Below the pieces are notes generated by a model that saw nothing but the letters and a program-made list of their open reading frames with translations, made no database searches and was not told where the DNA came from. Positions 37,427-50,617 of a DNA stretch of 64,000 nt are shown piece by piece. Source of the DNA: Phyllosticta citribraziliensis (Eukaryota); NCBI RefSeq assembly GCF_038025025.1, contig NW_027117351.1:620001-684000 (forward strand). The letters run 5' to 3'. How positions within the stretch are numbered: the first letter of the stretch is position 1; each line of letters starts with the position of its first letter. Position numbers and translations under genes: made by a program.

Positions 37427-38071
37427 GATGGGTGGTCGATGGGCCAAGTGAAGGCGCAGACATCTAAGCTCGAGGTTTTAGGATTTGCATACGTCACGGA
37501 TCCGTGGCCAGTTTGAAGGACGACGTGTAAAAGAGGAGTAAGGCGGAGTCGAGAGGGATTCGGCGAAAAGGCATAGCGGATCACCCGCCACCGGGTCCGG
37601 TTTGACAGATGATGATGATGGAAAAGCACGTTAGAATTAATTGATACCAGACGGCTTGGACGCCGTGGATTTGCAAACTGGGCGTTTGGGAAAATGTTTT
37701 GATTCAAAGTCAATCAAGACCACAGCAGACGGCCTTCTTTACATTTGTAAAAGCAAAGGACAAACGACACCCATCCTCTTACTGGTACTTTGTCCTCGCA
37801 ATTTCCTATATCAGTCACATGCAGTCTTCTCAGCGCACTATCGGAGCGGATTATCTTACACAGCCTTGTTGGTCATCTTGTCTTTTGTTTATCGCGCGGC
37901 AGCAATCACTCTTTACCACCCTCTTCGCATTTGATTTCTCACAACATCTCAACCTCTGGATCAAGTCTCCTCAGAAAAGGCCCTCATCTGTCTTTTTGCG
38001 CTTACTATTACGCCCGTCTCAGGTGGAATTGAGCGTCTCTCACTCACAGCTTCTGCTCATACAACTCCGTC

Positions 38072-39269
38072 ATGGCATCTTCCAGTATCAGTAAACGCGA
38101 GTGGATGTGCTGGGTACGTGCATTCCCAAACCTTGACATCACAACACTTCCACCACACGCACTCTTGCTTGCTTGCGCCATGTTAAGAAGGGACCCCCAC
38201 GAAACCTAGCCTTCCCTATTCTACTCTTACTGTCATTCGAATCGATCCCGCTGACCAATCTATCAGGCCGGCGAATACGCGCGCGAGGATACCAGCACGC
38301 TTGTGCTCAGCGCACCTAGTTCAGCCTTCGTCGACCTACGCATCCTTCTTCCAAGCGTGCCCTCTCCTTCGCAGCCGCCCGTGGACTCAACAAATCCCGG
38401 CTCACGACAGCCGGACGCAACAGCAGCGCTTGCTCCTCCTTCGCCACTATTGCCCAACACCGGCGGCCCCGCGTCCCGGCTCGAGTGGGCTTTTGCAGGC
38501 TTCTCTGAAAGCGGCCCCAGTCCTGTCGGCGTCCCTAATGTCGTGCACAAGAAGTGGGTTCACGTGATCGATTCGCGGTGTGGCTTTGACGAGGAGGGCA
38601 CGGCGGATGAGGGCGACTTGTGGGATAGGCCGGGCGGCTATTCGCTGGAGACTGGCATCATGAGGCATCCCGTCAAGGGTGTGGATGTGGCGTACCAGGA
38701 GATGTGGAAGGAAGTTGATATCAAGGTGAGTTGTCTGAGTTTTCTTCCCTTCAGTCAACTATTTTCAGAAGACTTCTGTTCTGACACAGCCTTCCGCGCC
38801 TCAGGCTGTCAACCGCGAGCCTCTGCGCTACGCCGTCGTTCTATCCCACCACAACCCACAGCTCAAGTCTCGTGGCATGATTGTGCGCGTGGGGCAGTAC
38901 TGCCAGAGCATCTACATGCTGGACCGCGAAGTCACGGTCGAGCGGTGGCAGTGTGGAGTCGATGACGAAGATAACACCGCAGCCCGCGGTCCTTCCGCAC
39001 AACGCCAGTTTTACTATCAGCAACAGCAACTGACTTGGTCGCGTCCGCCGTCACCGTTGAAGCTGTCGATGGTGCCGGAGGATGTGGAGGAAGACGAATC
39101 GAAGGAGAAGAGGCCAAATGACTTGTGGAGGCGGACTGTCAAGCTTGGATCGCGGTTTTTGCCTTGCCTGTGGACGTTCGAGCCCGAGAAGTTGACAGTG
39201 GGTGCCAAGCTGATGGTACCGGGCGAGGAGGACGATGTCTGGGAGGTCAAAGAGCTGGGCGCTTGGTGA
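38072..39269 (+). CDS. HRI1: Hri1-family protein; exons 38072-38113, 38267-38725, 38805-39269
   Basis: SISKREW...EDTSTLVLS....FVDLRI, LEWAFAG, W.H.IDSR, DEGD, LETG.M, YQEMW and GMIVRVGQYCQ. Confidence 0.85.
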
Positions 39270-39443
39270 GGGGGCCTCGCGTGGCAGCTTGGCTGCTGCG
39301 AGAGGGTGGAAGCCACAGCCTCTTGGGAGGGAAAGCACGAAGCACATTCCGAATTGACCTTGGCTTTTGGATCTTGAGCAAGCAAGTAACCCACCAGTCT
39401 CTAACCTTATTATGACCCTATCAAACGTCTCCCTACGATCACG

Positions 39444-41071
39444 ATGACAGGGGTGGCATACATTCCAGTTCAGACGCCCGACCAGACGGCCTTCACCTCC
39501 GATGTTGCCGCCCTCTCCTCTCCTATCCGCATCCTCCTACGCGACATCGTGCTCCTCTGTAAAAACCTGAAATGCGCACCCCTCGCTTTCCAGCCCCGGG
39601 TCCCACTCAAAGAACTACCGCAGCTAGAATGCCAGGATCACGTCACGCCTCATCGGGATGTCGTCCTTGTGGCTTTTGCTACGGCACTTGAGGCGGTTCT
39701 GGGACTCATTGCAGGACCACTGGTGCTGTTCATGAGCGGATGGGTGGTCCTGTTGTTCGCCAGCCTGGCATTTGGCGTACTGTTGGCCCTGTTGGAGGCA
39801 GTCCGCGGGCCCCTGATAGTTGCTAGTCGGGTCGACATGACGCCGTTCAAGGCGCTTGACAAGGAGAAGTGGTATTTCGTCAACGGCGTTGGCACAAGGT
39901 ATCCCCCTTTCTCTTTCACGATCAAGGGACGGTTGCTGAACAACGTGGCTGACGAATCCTGACCAAAGCCATCGCGCCCTCCAACACACGGTCGACCGTC
40001 TCGCAATCACGTTCCAGCGCCCCATCACCGGCATACACAACCGAACTTATGGCGTACTCGGCGACGTCGTCGTGTGTTTGTTCCAGCGGTCCTTCAGGTA
40101 CAACACGGCAGACGTGCGCTGTGCATACGAGATGCTCAAGCTGCAAATCCTCGAGCCGAGTGTCGAAAAGGTCGTCCTGCTCGCACACGGGCAGGGCGCT
40201 TGCGTCGCCAGTCTGGCGCTGGATCGAATGCTGCTCGAATTGCCGAGCAAGAGTTTGGGGAAATTGGTAATCAGGGGTTTCTTGCTCACGCCCCCTTCTT
40301 GATCCCAGACTTACTATTTGCCCTTCTCGAATACTGACGATGATCATGAAGGAAATCTTCACCTTCGGCTGCGCAGCCTCTCACTTCAACAACCCGCTCT
40401 CGCACTCATACCTGACGATCCTCCTGCAAAACTCGTCGCTCAATCCGAGGCTGTCGTCGCGCCCTCGCCACGTCGTCCCCATCATCGAGCACTACGCCAA
40501 CGAAAACGACCCGTTTGCGCGCTGGGGCGTCCTCAACTCAACGCGCAACTGCCCCGGCCAGCGCTTTGCCGGCCAAGTCTTCATCAACAAGGACGCCTCC
40601 GGCCACCTCTTCAACCAGCACTACCTCGACACCATGTTCGCACTCCCACCTGCCCGCATCGCTGAGCTCGCCATCATCAGCGGGGGCAGACACTCTCCCG
40701 GCGAGTCCTCCGACCGCTCAACCGAAGCCACCCTGCCGAGCCCGCCGCTGCTCCCGATGATGAACCCCTTCCTCGACCGCATGGTCGACGTCGACTACGG
40801 CACGGCAGCGCGGCGCGCAGAGACGGTCGACGCGGCGCGCGTCCTGGGCTTCGGCGTCATGCCGGCAGCGGACGAGGCGCAGGCGGGAGCGAGAGCGGCC
40901 AAGGGCACGGCCAGAGGGCGCAGGACCAGCGTCGTCGATGAGACGCAGTTTGCGCTGGGCGAGGGGGCGGGCCGGACCGTCAGGCAGTTGAGTCGGCTGT
41001 GGCTGTATGTCGGTGGGGGCGAGTCGAAGAAGAGCCCTGCTGATGTGCATCGGTGCCGTGGTGTTGCTTGA
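39444..41071 (+). CDS. Conserved fungal membrane-anchored protein with an alpha/beta-hydrolase-like domain; exons 39444-39898, 39969-40266, 40352-41071
   Basis: Two TM segments, WYFVNGV, IHNRTYG.LGD..CL.QR, VVLLAHGQG, EIFTFGCAA.HFNNP, IEHYAN..D.FARWGVL and GHLFNQHYL; canonical introns. Confidence 0.75.
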
Positions 41072-41689
41072 GATTGGGTTGGTTGTTGGTTGGTGGATGT
41101 GATGGGTGAGTGGGGAGAGGGAGGTAATTGGTTCGCTTAGACGGACTGCTTGACGTCTTTTCTTTATTGTCCTGTCCAGTCCTTCCAACATCACTTTTCT
41201 GCAACTCATCCGTTGTCTGCCAATGAGTCTTCGATTTCCTACTCATCCAAATATCTGTAAAGCACGTCCACAACGTCTTCCCCATCGTCGACCCACGGAT
41301 CGGCAAACCACAGACAAACGCGGGCCAAGTCCTCGGCGGCCGCTCCCCATGGGGCAGCGTTGCAGCCCCCAACCCATCCTTTGGGCGTTTTCCGCGCGTG
41401 AAACGAGTCGTTGCATGGCAGATCGGCTCTGGCCAGCTTGGCAGCATAGAGCGGAAGCGTTGGATGGGTGAAATTCTCCGCGATCTACACTTGTACGTGC
41501 TACTTCCGCCGTGCGTAATACACACGGGGCAAATGGTGTGCCCATCAAAGTCAGGGTCTGTCTGTTTATTTTGTGGAGCTTTTTCTCTCGCGGTTGTCTG
41601 GGGAGAAAGCGTAAATGGGTGGGGTGGCCCGCCGGTGCTCTTTTCTCTCTCTCTTGCGTCTGTTGTTCGTTGTGGACTTTTTGGGAGCC

Positions 41690-43614
41690 ATGGCTGGCTC
41701 TATGTCGTTTGGCACGCGTGTTCGGATGCTCCTCGTTCCCCTTTTGCTGTGGCAGATACCTGCTGCCGTTGCCAGTTCCTCGTCGACGGCGGCGGAGACT
41801 TATGATTATGTACTGTCCATCCCGCTGGAGCCTCTCCAGTTATTATCCTCAGAGTCCGTCTTCTAACCTCGCACACACAGATCGTAGTCGGCGGCGGCAC
41901 AGCCGGGCTCGCCCTCTCAACACGGCTCTCGCAGCTCCTCCCCAACCGCAGCATCGCGGTCCTCGAAGCCGGCCCCGCCGCGCCGCATTCGACCAACATC
42001 CTCATCCCGGGGCTCAAGGGCTCCAACCTGCAGGGGCCGCACGACTGGAACCTGACGACGGTGCCGCAGGCGCGGCTGGACGGGCGCAGCGTGACGCAGC
42101 CGCGCGGCCGCGTGCTCGGCGGCAGCACGGCGCTGAACCTCATGGTGTGGGACCGCGCCGCCGCCGCCGAGTACGACGTCTGGGCGCAGCCGGCGTTTGG
42201 CGACGACGCCGGATGGGGCTGGGAAAGCCTGTACGATGCCATGCTCCGGGCTGAAAACTTTACGCGGCCGGAGGAGGCGGGCGTGTATGGTGATGAGGGC
42301 GTCGCGTATGGCGGCCCCGTACAGACGGTCATCAATCGCTACGTTCCGGAGCAGCAGTTGGCGTTTGTGCCGACCATGGTCAACTTGGGCGCGCCGCTGA
42401 ATCTCGAGTCGCTGGACGGCAATCCGTTGGGCGCTGGGAGGCAGCCGAGTACGCTCAGGCCGAGCGATTATAGTCGTAGCTACGCGACGGCGTATCTGCC
42501 GCTGGCTGGAAGCAATGTCGACGTCTTGACTGAAGCGACGGTTGCGACGGTGCTGTTCGAAGACGAGAAAAACTCGGACGGAGAGCTTGTGGCCAGCGGC
42601 GTCACGCTGGCCGACGGCTCCGTCATCAAAGCCAGAGCAGAAGTCATTCTGAGCGCCGGCAGTCTGAAGTCGCCGCAGATACTCGAGAGCTCGGGGATTG
42701 GCAACAGCAGCATTCTGTCTGCTGCTGGCATCCAAACGCTCCTTGAGCTGCCGGGCGTCGGCGAGAACCTCCAGGACCACGTCAAGGTACAGAGCGTGTA
42801 CCGGCTCAAGGCGAACTACTCGTCGTTCGACCGCATCCGCTACGACGCCGCCTACGCCGCGCAGCAGCTCGACCTGTGGTACCTGAACGAGACGAGCGCG
42901 TACGACTACACGGGCAGCACCATTGCGTTCCTGACGTGGTCGCAAGTCGCGGGGGCAAACACGTCGTTTGTGCCATCTCTTCTCAACAGCACCGCGGTAC
43001 ACTCGGCCATCGACAAGGCCAAGCTCAGCTTCCTGAACGAATCGACCAACGCGCCGGCACTCGAGCTGCTCTTCTCCGACGGCTACTTCGGCGCCGCCAG
43101 CTACCCGGCGGCCAACAGCTCGCTGTACGGCGCCAACTTTTTCACCCTGATTGCCGGCGTGCAGCACCTCTTTTCGACGGGCAGCGTGCACGTCGACGCC
43201 GCGGCGCCGTCGCCGGCCACCGCCGCGCCCCGCATCGACCCGCGCTACCTCGAGCATCCGTACGACGCCGCGGCGTTGCGCGAGGCGGCAAAGTACCTTC
43301 GCCGTGTCGCTGCCACGCCCCCGCTGAACACCTTCGTCGAGGCTGAGTACGAGCCTGGCCTCGAGGTGCAGACGGACGAGCAGTGGGACGAGTATGTGCG
43401 CCAGGCGGTCTCTACGCTGTTTCATCCGACGGGCACGTGTGCCATGATGGATCGAGCCATTGGTGGCGTTGTGGATGGCAGGCTGAGGGTGCATGGCACG
43501 GCGAATCTGAGGGTCGTTGATGCGAGTGTCATCCCTGTGCAGATTAGCGCGCATATTCAGACGGCGGTGTACGGGATTGCGGAGAGAGCGGCGCGTTTGG
43601 TTGCGGGGTCGTAG
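41690..43614 (+). CDS. Secreted GMC oxidoreductase (AA3; glucose dehydrogenase/aryl-alcohol oxidase-like); intron 41810-41880
   Basis: Signal-like N-terminus, FAD motif YDYIVVGGGTAG, RGRVLGGSTALN, SAGSLKSPQILESSGIG, LPGVGENLQDH, catalytic FHPTGT and SAHIQ. The start could be 41690, 41702 or 41726. Confidence 0.95.
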
Positions 43615-43919
43615 GTAGTTGCCGGTGGCAAACTGATGTCGTGTTGGAAGTAGATGTCTTGTTGTGATTCTCCAGTGACCCGCTGCCGGCCAGGTTGCGT
43701 ATAAACGAATCCTGTCCTCGATATGGTTGCACTCAAAATCCACGAATCTGGTATCACTCATTCTTCACATGCACGTTCGAAGGTAAAACTCGACCGGGGG
43801 TATCTGGAAATTCGGCCATTCCTAATTCTTGATTGCTACCATGATGCAGGCTTGAAGCTCGTTCCATTCCATTTTCAGGCACAAGCCAACAACGCCAACC
43901 CAGCACTTTTAGAAACCGT

Positions 43920-44857
43920 TTACTGCTTCTTCTCGGCAGCGGCCTCGGCGGCGGCCTTGACCCTCTTCTCACGGACACCGACAAGGCGGGCGTCGGAGCG
44001 AGCGACACGGAGGGTCCTGAAGGCGTTCTCGGTGGCGGGGTAGGCGGAGAGGGAGCCCTCGGTGACACCCTTGGCCTGGGTGATGGGAAGGACGGAGTTG
44101 ATGTCGCGGGTGACGTTCTCGCCGGCCTTGGCGGCCTTGACCTCCTCGACGGAAGAGTCGCCCTTCTTGGTGGCCTTGGTGCCGGTGCGGCGGGGGAAGA
44201 CGATGAGGCGCTCACGGTACTCCTTGAGGCGCTGGACGTTGGCCTTCAGGGACTCCTCGGAGAGGTTCTGGCGGCGGGGGTCGACCGAGATACCGATGGT
44301 GGGCGCAAGCTTGCGGGGGATGCCAGCCTCCTGTTGAGAATGTCAGCGTCTATCCCTTGTGTCGGGTTCCTCGAAATGCTTACCTTCAGCTCAGCGAGGG
44401 AGAAACCACGGCCAGCACGAACGCGGCGGTTGTACTTGATCGTGGGGCAGCGAACGACGGGGCGGAGCTTGTCGGTCGGGCGAGGAGCGACAGCAGCGGC
44501 CTTGGCGATGCGGGCATCGCGACGGCTCTTCTTCTTGCCGGCCTGTTGAGAGAGGTATTAGGGACTGTCCGCTCGATCGGCGCCACTGCTCTCAGCCGAG
44601 TGAGAGGGGAATTACCTGATCGAAGTGAACGCGGACGCGGCGCTGCCAGTCCTTGCGGAAATCTGCAGTCGCATGTCAGCGCCTGATCGAAGAAAGGCTC
44701 GGCTCGACAAAACTTACGGTTGTGCGCGATCTGCTGGTTGTGCTTGATGGCCTGTACAGATTCTCAATTAGCGGCTGTCCTGGCGCAACTCAATTTCGCG
44801 CGCCATCGCTTGCACGTGGCAATCGGACGGCGTGCATCCTGGGTTTTGGCGTACCAT
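43920..44857 (-). CDS. RPL13: 60S ribosomal protein L13 (eL13), multi-exon; the first coding exon is the ATG alone
   Basis: [50 protein letters not shown] and VDPRRQN.SEESL.ANVQRL. Confidence 0.98.
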
Positions 44858-45177
44858 TTTGAAGGACTGAGGGTGGGCCTGCGGTTAGCTGGAGGTTGTC
44901 GTCGCTGTCGAAGAGCAAAATGGAAAAGTTCTGTGGGGAGTACGCTTAGGCGCCAAGGAGCTTCGTAGAATTGTTTGGCCGAATCCGAATCTTCCCGCCC
45001 GCGCTAACCCCAAACAGGCACCAGGGCAGCGGCGGTGCCTGACAGGTGCTGACCTCAGATCCCCCAGCCACCATTGCATACCCGACCTACCTTGATGTCT
45101 CCACCCTTGACTCCCGTCGACTTCATCCCTTCCATCGCAACTGGTGACGAATGCTCCTCTCACTCGTCACGTTCGCC

Positions 45178-47094
45178 ATGGTCGTCAAGCTAGCATTTCC
45201 GGTCTTCTTTGCTACCGTTGTCCTTTCCGCCCAACCCTCGGCGCCGTCGCCCAAAGCGGCGCCGATTCGGGAACTGCCCTGGGCCCACCTCAACTTCTTG
45301 CACACGACCGACACCCACGGCTGGCTCGGGGGTCATTTGCAAGAGTCGGTTTCCCAGCTGCTCTATGAAACATGAAACTAAACATGAAACAGATCTTCAT
45401 ATTCCGCCGACTGGGGCGACTACATCTCGTTTGCAAAGCACCTGAAAGACCGTGCTGACAACGAAGGTGTCGATCTGGTGACCGTCGATACAGGTGATCG
45501 GATAGAAGGCAACGGTCTTTACGATGCCTCTGAGCCCAAAGGCAAATACATTTTTGACATCTTCAAGCAACAAACTATTGACGTCATTTGTTCCGGCAAC
45601 CACGAGCTCTATCAAAGAAACTCGTCGGAGAATGAGTTGAACCACACGGTTCCAAATTTCAAGGACAACTACCTGGCCTCCAACTTGGATATTCGCAATC
45701 CCGAGACTGGGAAATTCGAGCCACTTGCGCCACGCTTCAAAAAGTTCACCACCAAGAACAAAGGCATCCGGATTCTGGCCTTTGGATTCCTCTTCAACTT
45801 TGCCGGAAATGCCAACAACACCATCGTAACGCCCGTAGAAGATGCCGTCAAGCAAAAGTGGTTCCAGGAGGCTATTCGTGACAAAGACGTTGATTTGATC
45901 CTCGTCATTGGCCATGCGCCGGTCCGCTCGCAGGAATTCGCCCACATCTTCAAGACCATCCGGTCTGTCAACTGGGATATTCCCATCCAATTCTTTGGCG
46001 GACATGCTCATGTCCGCGATTACAAGAAATTCGACGAGAACTCGGTGGCTCTAGCCAGTGGACGCTACATGGAGACGATCGGGTTCCAATCGATCGACGG
46101 ATTGAATGGCGGTGGGAAACCCGACGTCGTCCCTCAAGCCAAGTTGTCCTTTGCGCGGCGATACATTGACAACAATCTCTTCTCGTTGCACCACCACAGC
46201 GGGACCAACAGCTCCACCTTTCCAACCGAGCACGGCAAGAATGTCACCAAAATGATCACCAAGGCCCGTCAAGAGTTGAAGCTCGATCGACGCCACGGCT
46301 GTGCTCCGAAGACACTCTGGGTCAACCGGGCTCCTTACCCTGCCAACAACAGCATCTTCTCATGGCTGGAGAAGCGTGTGTTGCCAGAACAGCTGACAAG
46401 CGCCTCTCGCGTTGCAGAGGGCAAGAAGGCCATCGTTATCACCAACACCGGGGCGCTGCGGTTCGACATCTTCGAAGGCCCATTTACCAGAGACAGCACG
46501 TATCTCGTCTCGCCCTTTACCAGTGGCTTCAGATACGTGTCGGATGTCGCATACTCTGACGCAAAAAAAGTCCTCCAGCTTCTCAACAATGAAGGCCGAA
46601 TCCTGGAAATCGCCTCGGCGGGTGCCTTGGACGCGTCCTCGCTAGCCCCTCCGGAGCAATGGAGTGGCCGACTTCGTCTTTCAAATGAGGTTGATGAGGT
46701 CAATCATGCCCAACATGACGGTCTCCAAGCGCCTCTGGGAGGATCAGACGACAAGCCATCCCGTATCCCAGGCTACACCACCGTGGACGACGCTGGAAAC
46801 GATGGCGACGATACGATCCATTCGCAGATTGACTTCTACGACGTGCCAAATTGTATTCAAGCCAGCATCGGGTTCAGCGAGACCTCTGACGAGGATAAGC
46901 CCAAGGAAGTCGATCTCGTGTACAATGAGTTTGTGCAGCCGTGGATTCTCCTGGCGCTCAGGTACCTTGGAGAGGAGTACAACATTACAGACACCAAGCC
47001 TTACATGGAAGGCAGGAGTCTGACCAGTGTCCTTACTGACTGGATTACTGAGCACTGGTCGAGCGACGAGGAGCTTTGCTCGACTCGGGAATGA
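45178..47094 (+). CDS. Secreted or vacuolar calcineurin-like metallophosphoesterase, 5'-nucleotidase-like (resembles yeast YHR202W); intron 45345-45392
   Basis: Signal peptide, [39 protein letters not shown] and SGRYMETIG. An alternative in-frame ATG is at 45151. Confidence 0.9.
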
Positions 47095-47425
47095 AGCGTA
47101 GGATCAGTGGGGAAAGGAGTTAGAAGGGCGTTCCAGGGACATGTTATGGCAGGAATGATGGACTCGAGTGATGCATGATAATCAATGTAAATAGGCTCGA
47201 ATTGGTAGATTAGGCGGTCGCAAACCCGCGTAGGTCATGGATGGTCATCAACTTATCGTATCTGATGCATCAAGAGCCCAATGAAGACGATGATTCCAGA
47301 TGATCCCAGAGGTGATCGAGGCTTGTGCCAGCTTCTCAGTTGCGGGTTTGTCGTCAGAGGCAAGGCGGAGTGGGGAAGCTCACGGACCAGCATTCAGCAA
47401 TGATGAGGTAGCCAGACCAGGAGGG

Positions 47426-47484
47426 AGGGGTACAGTAACTGAACCGGCGAGGGACTGGAGACTGACGTTATGCCAGTGACGTCA
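47426..47484. promoter_or_regulatory. STRE (AGGGG) plus CRE sites upstream of the 70-aa protein gene
   Basis: AGGGG at about 47426-47430, TGACGTTA at 47463-47470 and perfect TGACGTCA at 47477-47484. Confidence 0.5.
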
Positions 47485-47839
47485 TCGCGGGGCAGCTTTC
47501 GTGGCACTCCCTCACTTTAAAGAACCACGGCCAGCTCTTGCACCCTCTCCTCCGACATCACCACCATCCACAACAAGCACAACTCAACCGCTCTCAATCC
47601 TCGCTTCTAAACGTGAGTTAATTCTTGCAATCAAACTACGAATAGCTGCTAACCCATCAAACAGAACCTCTCTACCTTTAAACAAAGTACGACCACCTCA
47701 CCCTCAACACCACCACCACGTGTCCTCGAACGAGACGCATTCCACCACACCACCTTCTATCCAACAAATTCCACCACCAAAAGACCGCCGGCTAACGCAA
47801 AAACCAGCCAACCTCCAACAACACCCGACAACCACAAAC

Positions 47840-48052
47840 ATGTCTGCCCCCAACGCCGGCCGCCAGTCCCCCGAGCCCGAGCGCCAGACGGGCGCGCAGC
47901 AGCAAGACGCACAGGCGGCGCCCAACGACCAGGGCGGCGCGCCCGCACAGGGCTCCAAGAAGGCGTCGGACGACCAGAAGGCCAACCTCAGCTCCAACCC
48001 GTCGCACCCGCTCGAGAAGCACAGCGAGGAGACGACGAGCAAGACCAAGTAA
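47840..48052 (+). CDS. Small hydrophilic 70-aa fungal protein (MSAPNAGRQSPEPERQTGAQQQD...LSSNPSHPLEKHSEETTSKTK) with two 5'-UTR introns
   Basis: AAACATG start context, strong codon bias, and UTR introns 47613-47664 and 47687-47807, both with GCTAAC branch sites. Confidence 0.85.
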   Translation: MSAPNAGRQSPEPERQTGAQQQDAQAAPNDQGGAPAQGSKKASDDQKANLSSNPSHPLEKHSEETTSKTK

Positions 48053-48494
48053 ACCAACATCGAAGGAAGGAAGGAAGGAATGATGACGCGATGATGATGC
48101 TATGGGTTTCCCCTTTTTTCTTTTGAGATGGGAGAATTGACGTAGAACGTGTTTAATGAGCAATGGTTCTGAAAGTCATATGTTGTGCCACTTGAGTGTG
48201 TTCTGCTGCTGTATGTCGACTTGCAGTTACTTGAGACATGCCCAATTGAACGCATGAAATCAGTCGACAGACATCAGTACCATTAAATGTGGATGATCAG
48301 AAAAGAGTGAGGTCAGCAACACGGTCAAGACACGATCCGCCGACACCGGTCTTCTAAGGGGTTCATCTTCGTTCTATCCATGGTATAGTGCGTCGAGCCG
48401 TTTTCAGCAAAGCCAACCAACCCTCCCTTCTCTCTACCCCAAACTCCCACGACGACATTTTTCCAAACTACGCTCACAAAACGATAAAAGCAGC

Positions 48495-50617
48495 TCAAGC
48501 AAAGTACCGGTGCTTAACGACATCACTTCCGGCAACCAAGCCCTCCTCGCGCTCCTCGCGCTCAATCCGCGAATTCAACCACCAATACTGCACATTGGTC
48601 CAAACAGCAAAGAACAAGCCGGCGCTAGTGAGGGCGACAATGGCAGTCCAGCCCTTGATGTAGTTGGGCCCGTCGCTGGACTGGAAGAGCTGCGAGCCGA
48701 TGATGCCCGACGCGTTTGCGGCCATGATGAACAGAGCCATGGTGATGCTGCGCTCGCTGGCCGACCGCGCGTTCAGCGCCATCCACGACCCGTTGACCGG
48801 GTGGTAGAACAGCTGCGTCGCCAGCGCCATGGTGAGCAGCGCGTACCGCGCGTGCTCGTTCGAGCTGCCCGCCAGCACCCGGTTGCCGATGGTGAAGACC
48901 CAGAAGAGCGCCACGCCGCCGGCAACCCAGGGCCCGCGCACGCCCGTGCGGTCGCTGTTCAGGTGTTAGTTCGGGGGTTGCTGTGATGGGCGAGATGTGA
49001 GACTTACGAGCACCAGCCCAGGCCTACGTTGAGCACCAGCGATATCCACCCGCCGACCGAGACGAGCGCATTGGCTGTGAGCCGCTCGTACCCGAATGAC
49101 TGAACCAGCTTGGGCGCGTACGATGTCATTGTGCTGTTTGGCGCGACGGCCGTCAGCGTCAGGAGGAGGTGCGGGTACATGCGCCAATTGGCCAACTATT
49201 CTGGTCGTCAGTCCTCGACTCGCCTCTTTTGACAGAAGGGGCACTTACTGCGCTGCCCAACTCGCTCCAGTTGATCCACTTCTTCTTCGCCAGCTTGCGC
49301 GGGTCGTCGACGATGATGCGGCGGTGCAGGATCTCGGCTTCACGATCCGTAAAGTACTGCAGGCCGAGGATGCTGGTGGGCCGCAGCGGGCTTTGCGGGA
49401 AGAAGAGGACAAAAAGCACCGATATGACGATTGTGAACATGCCTTCAATCTGTCATCGAGGTTTAGCGCGGTGGGCCAGGAAGAAGACTACATGGGAGCT
49501 TACCAGGAAAAGCCATTGCCAGCCGGCGAGGTTGGCCACACCTCGCATGTGCAAGCTGGATAAGTCGTCAGGGTTTGCTCCAACACCTTGACCGCGATTC
49601 AACTTACATTCCATAACTAATCAGACCCTAGATATCAGTCAGACTTGTGCGTTGATCTACAGTGACGGGATTGACATACCGTCGTTGCAACGGCAGTAAG
49701 GTTGCCCAGGAAGAAGATCGAGAAGCGCTTGCTCGTTTCCTCCTTCTTGTAAAAGATCGAAATCGTGTAGAGCGACGCGGGGATAAATCCGGCTTCACAC
49801 AGTCCGAGGAGCAGCCTGGTGCTCAGATAGGCACCGTAGCCCTTTTGGAATGCCTGGAACGTCGCCACGAGCCCCCTATATCCAAAGTATAAGCGAATTG
49901 TGTGTCTGATTTGAAAAGAGAGGACAGTCCAAGAGCAAGGAGCATACATACCACGCCATCATCTGACCACCAATCCAGCGCTGAGGCCCTATCCGATAGA
50001 GGATTATGTTGGACGGAATCTCGAGCAGCACGATGCCCACAGAGAGCAACTGCTGGCCGACGTTATACTGGAACTGCGTGATACCGACATCTTCGAGGAA
50101 GTAATCCGTCAAGGCATTACCACTTTGGGACCGTCAGACCAGGAACAGGTACTCGACCCAAAGGACCACTCCGAAGCGAAGGCAAGCACTTACATGTTGC
50201 CTCTGTCTAATTGCAGAGCATAAAAGCCCGTGACCAGGAGCGGCAGCACGATCAAGTCCAGCCTATGCCCAATCAGTTCCGCTCGCAATGGCGCATGGCA
50301 GGGGGTCGGTGTCGACAGGAGCCACTCACTTGCGCAAGACGCGCTTCTCCTCGTCGGCGGACCAATCAACCGCCAGATACGCCTCGTCCCCAGGCGACGA
50401 TGATGCAAAGCCGTCGACGGCGACTGTACTCTTGTCAAGCTCGGCCACGTCGGCGCCAAGCGGCGCGGTAGTAGCAACAGAGGGAGGATAAGACGAGGCA
50501 GTGAGAGAAGCGGGAGCGTGTACCATTTTCGACGTAGGATTCGTCGGCCAAGCGGGCGTAGGACGGCTCCTTGTTAGATGACGATGATGGCAGCAGCGAC
50601 GACCACGGCTGCAGCAT
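48495..50617 (-). CDS. MFS transporter of the anion:cation symporter (Dal5/Soa1/AstA-like) family; many exons, including a 20-nt microexon at 49608-49627
   Basis: W..DEEKRVLRKLD, LQLDRGN, EIPSNIILYRIGP, RLLLGLCEAGFIP, YKKEETSKR, LAGWQWLF.IEG and IIGSQLF..DGP.Y. The start is 50617 or 50656 if spliced, or 50526. Confidence 0.9.

Noticed and set aside
41917..43761. 614-aa antisense ORF over the GMC oxidoreductase
   Set aside because: Shadow of GC-rich codon bias; Arg/Gly/Val-rich with no motifs.
47399..47465. Box C (ATGATGA) and box D (CTGA) snoRNA-like arrangement
   Set aside because: No convincing terminal stem or rRNA-complementary guide; it overlaps CRE/STRE promoter elements.
50424..50523. 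TPP riboswitch in the candidate MFS leader intron
   Set aside because: The conserved TPP aptamer elements (e.g. GCTGAGA) are absent.
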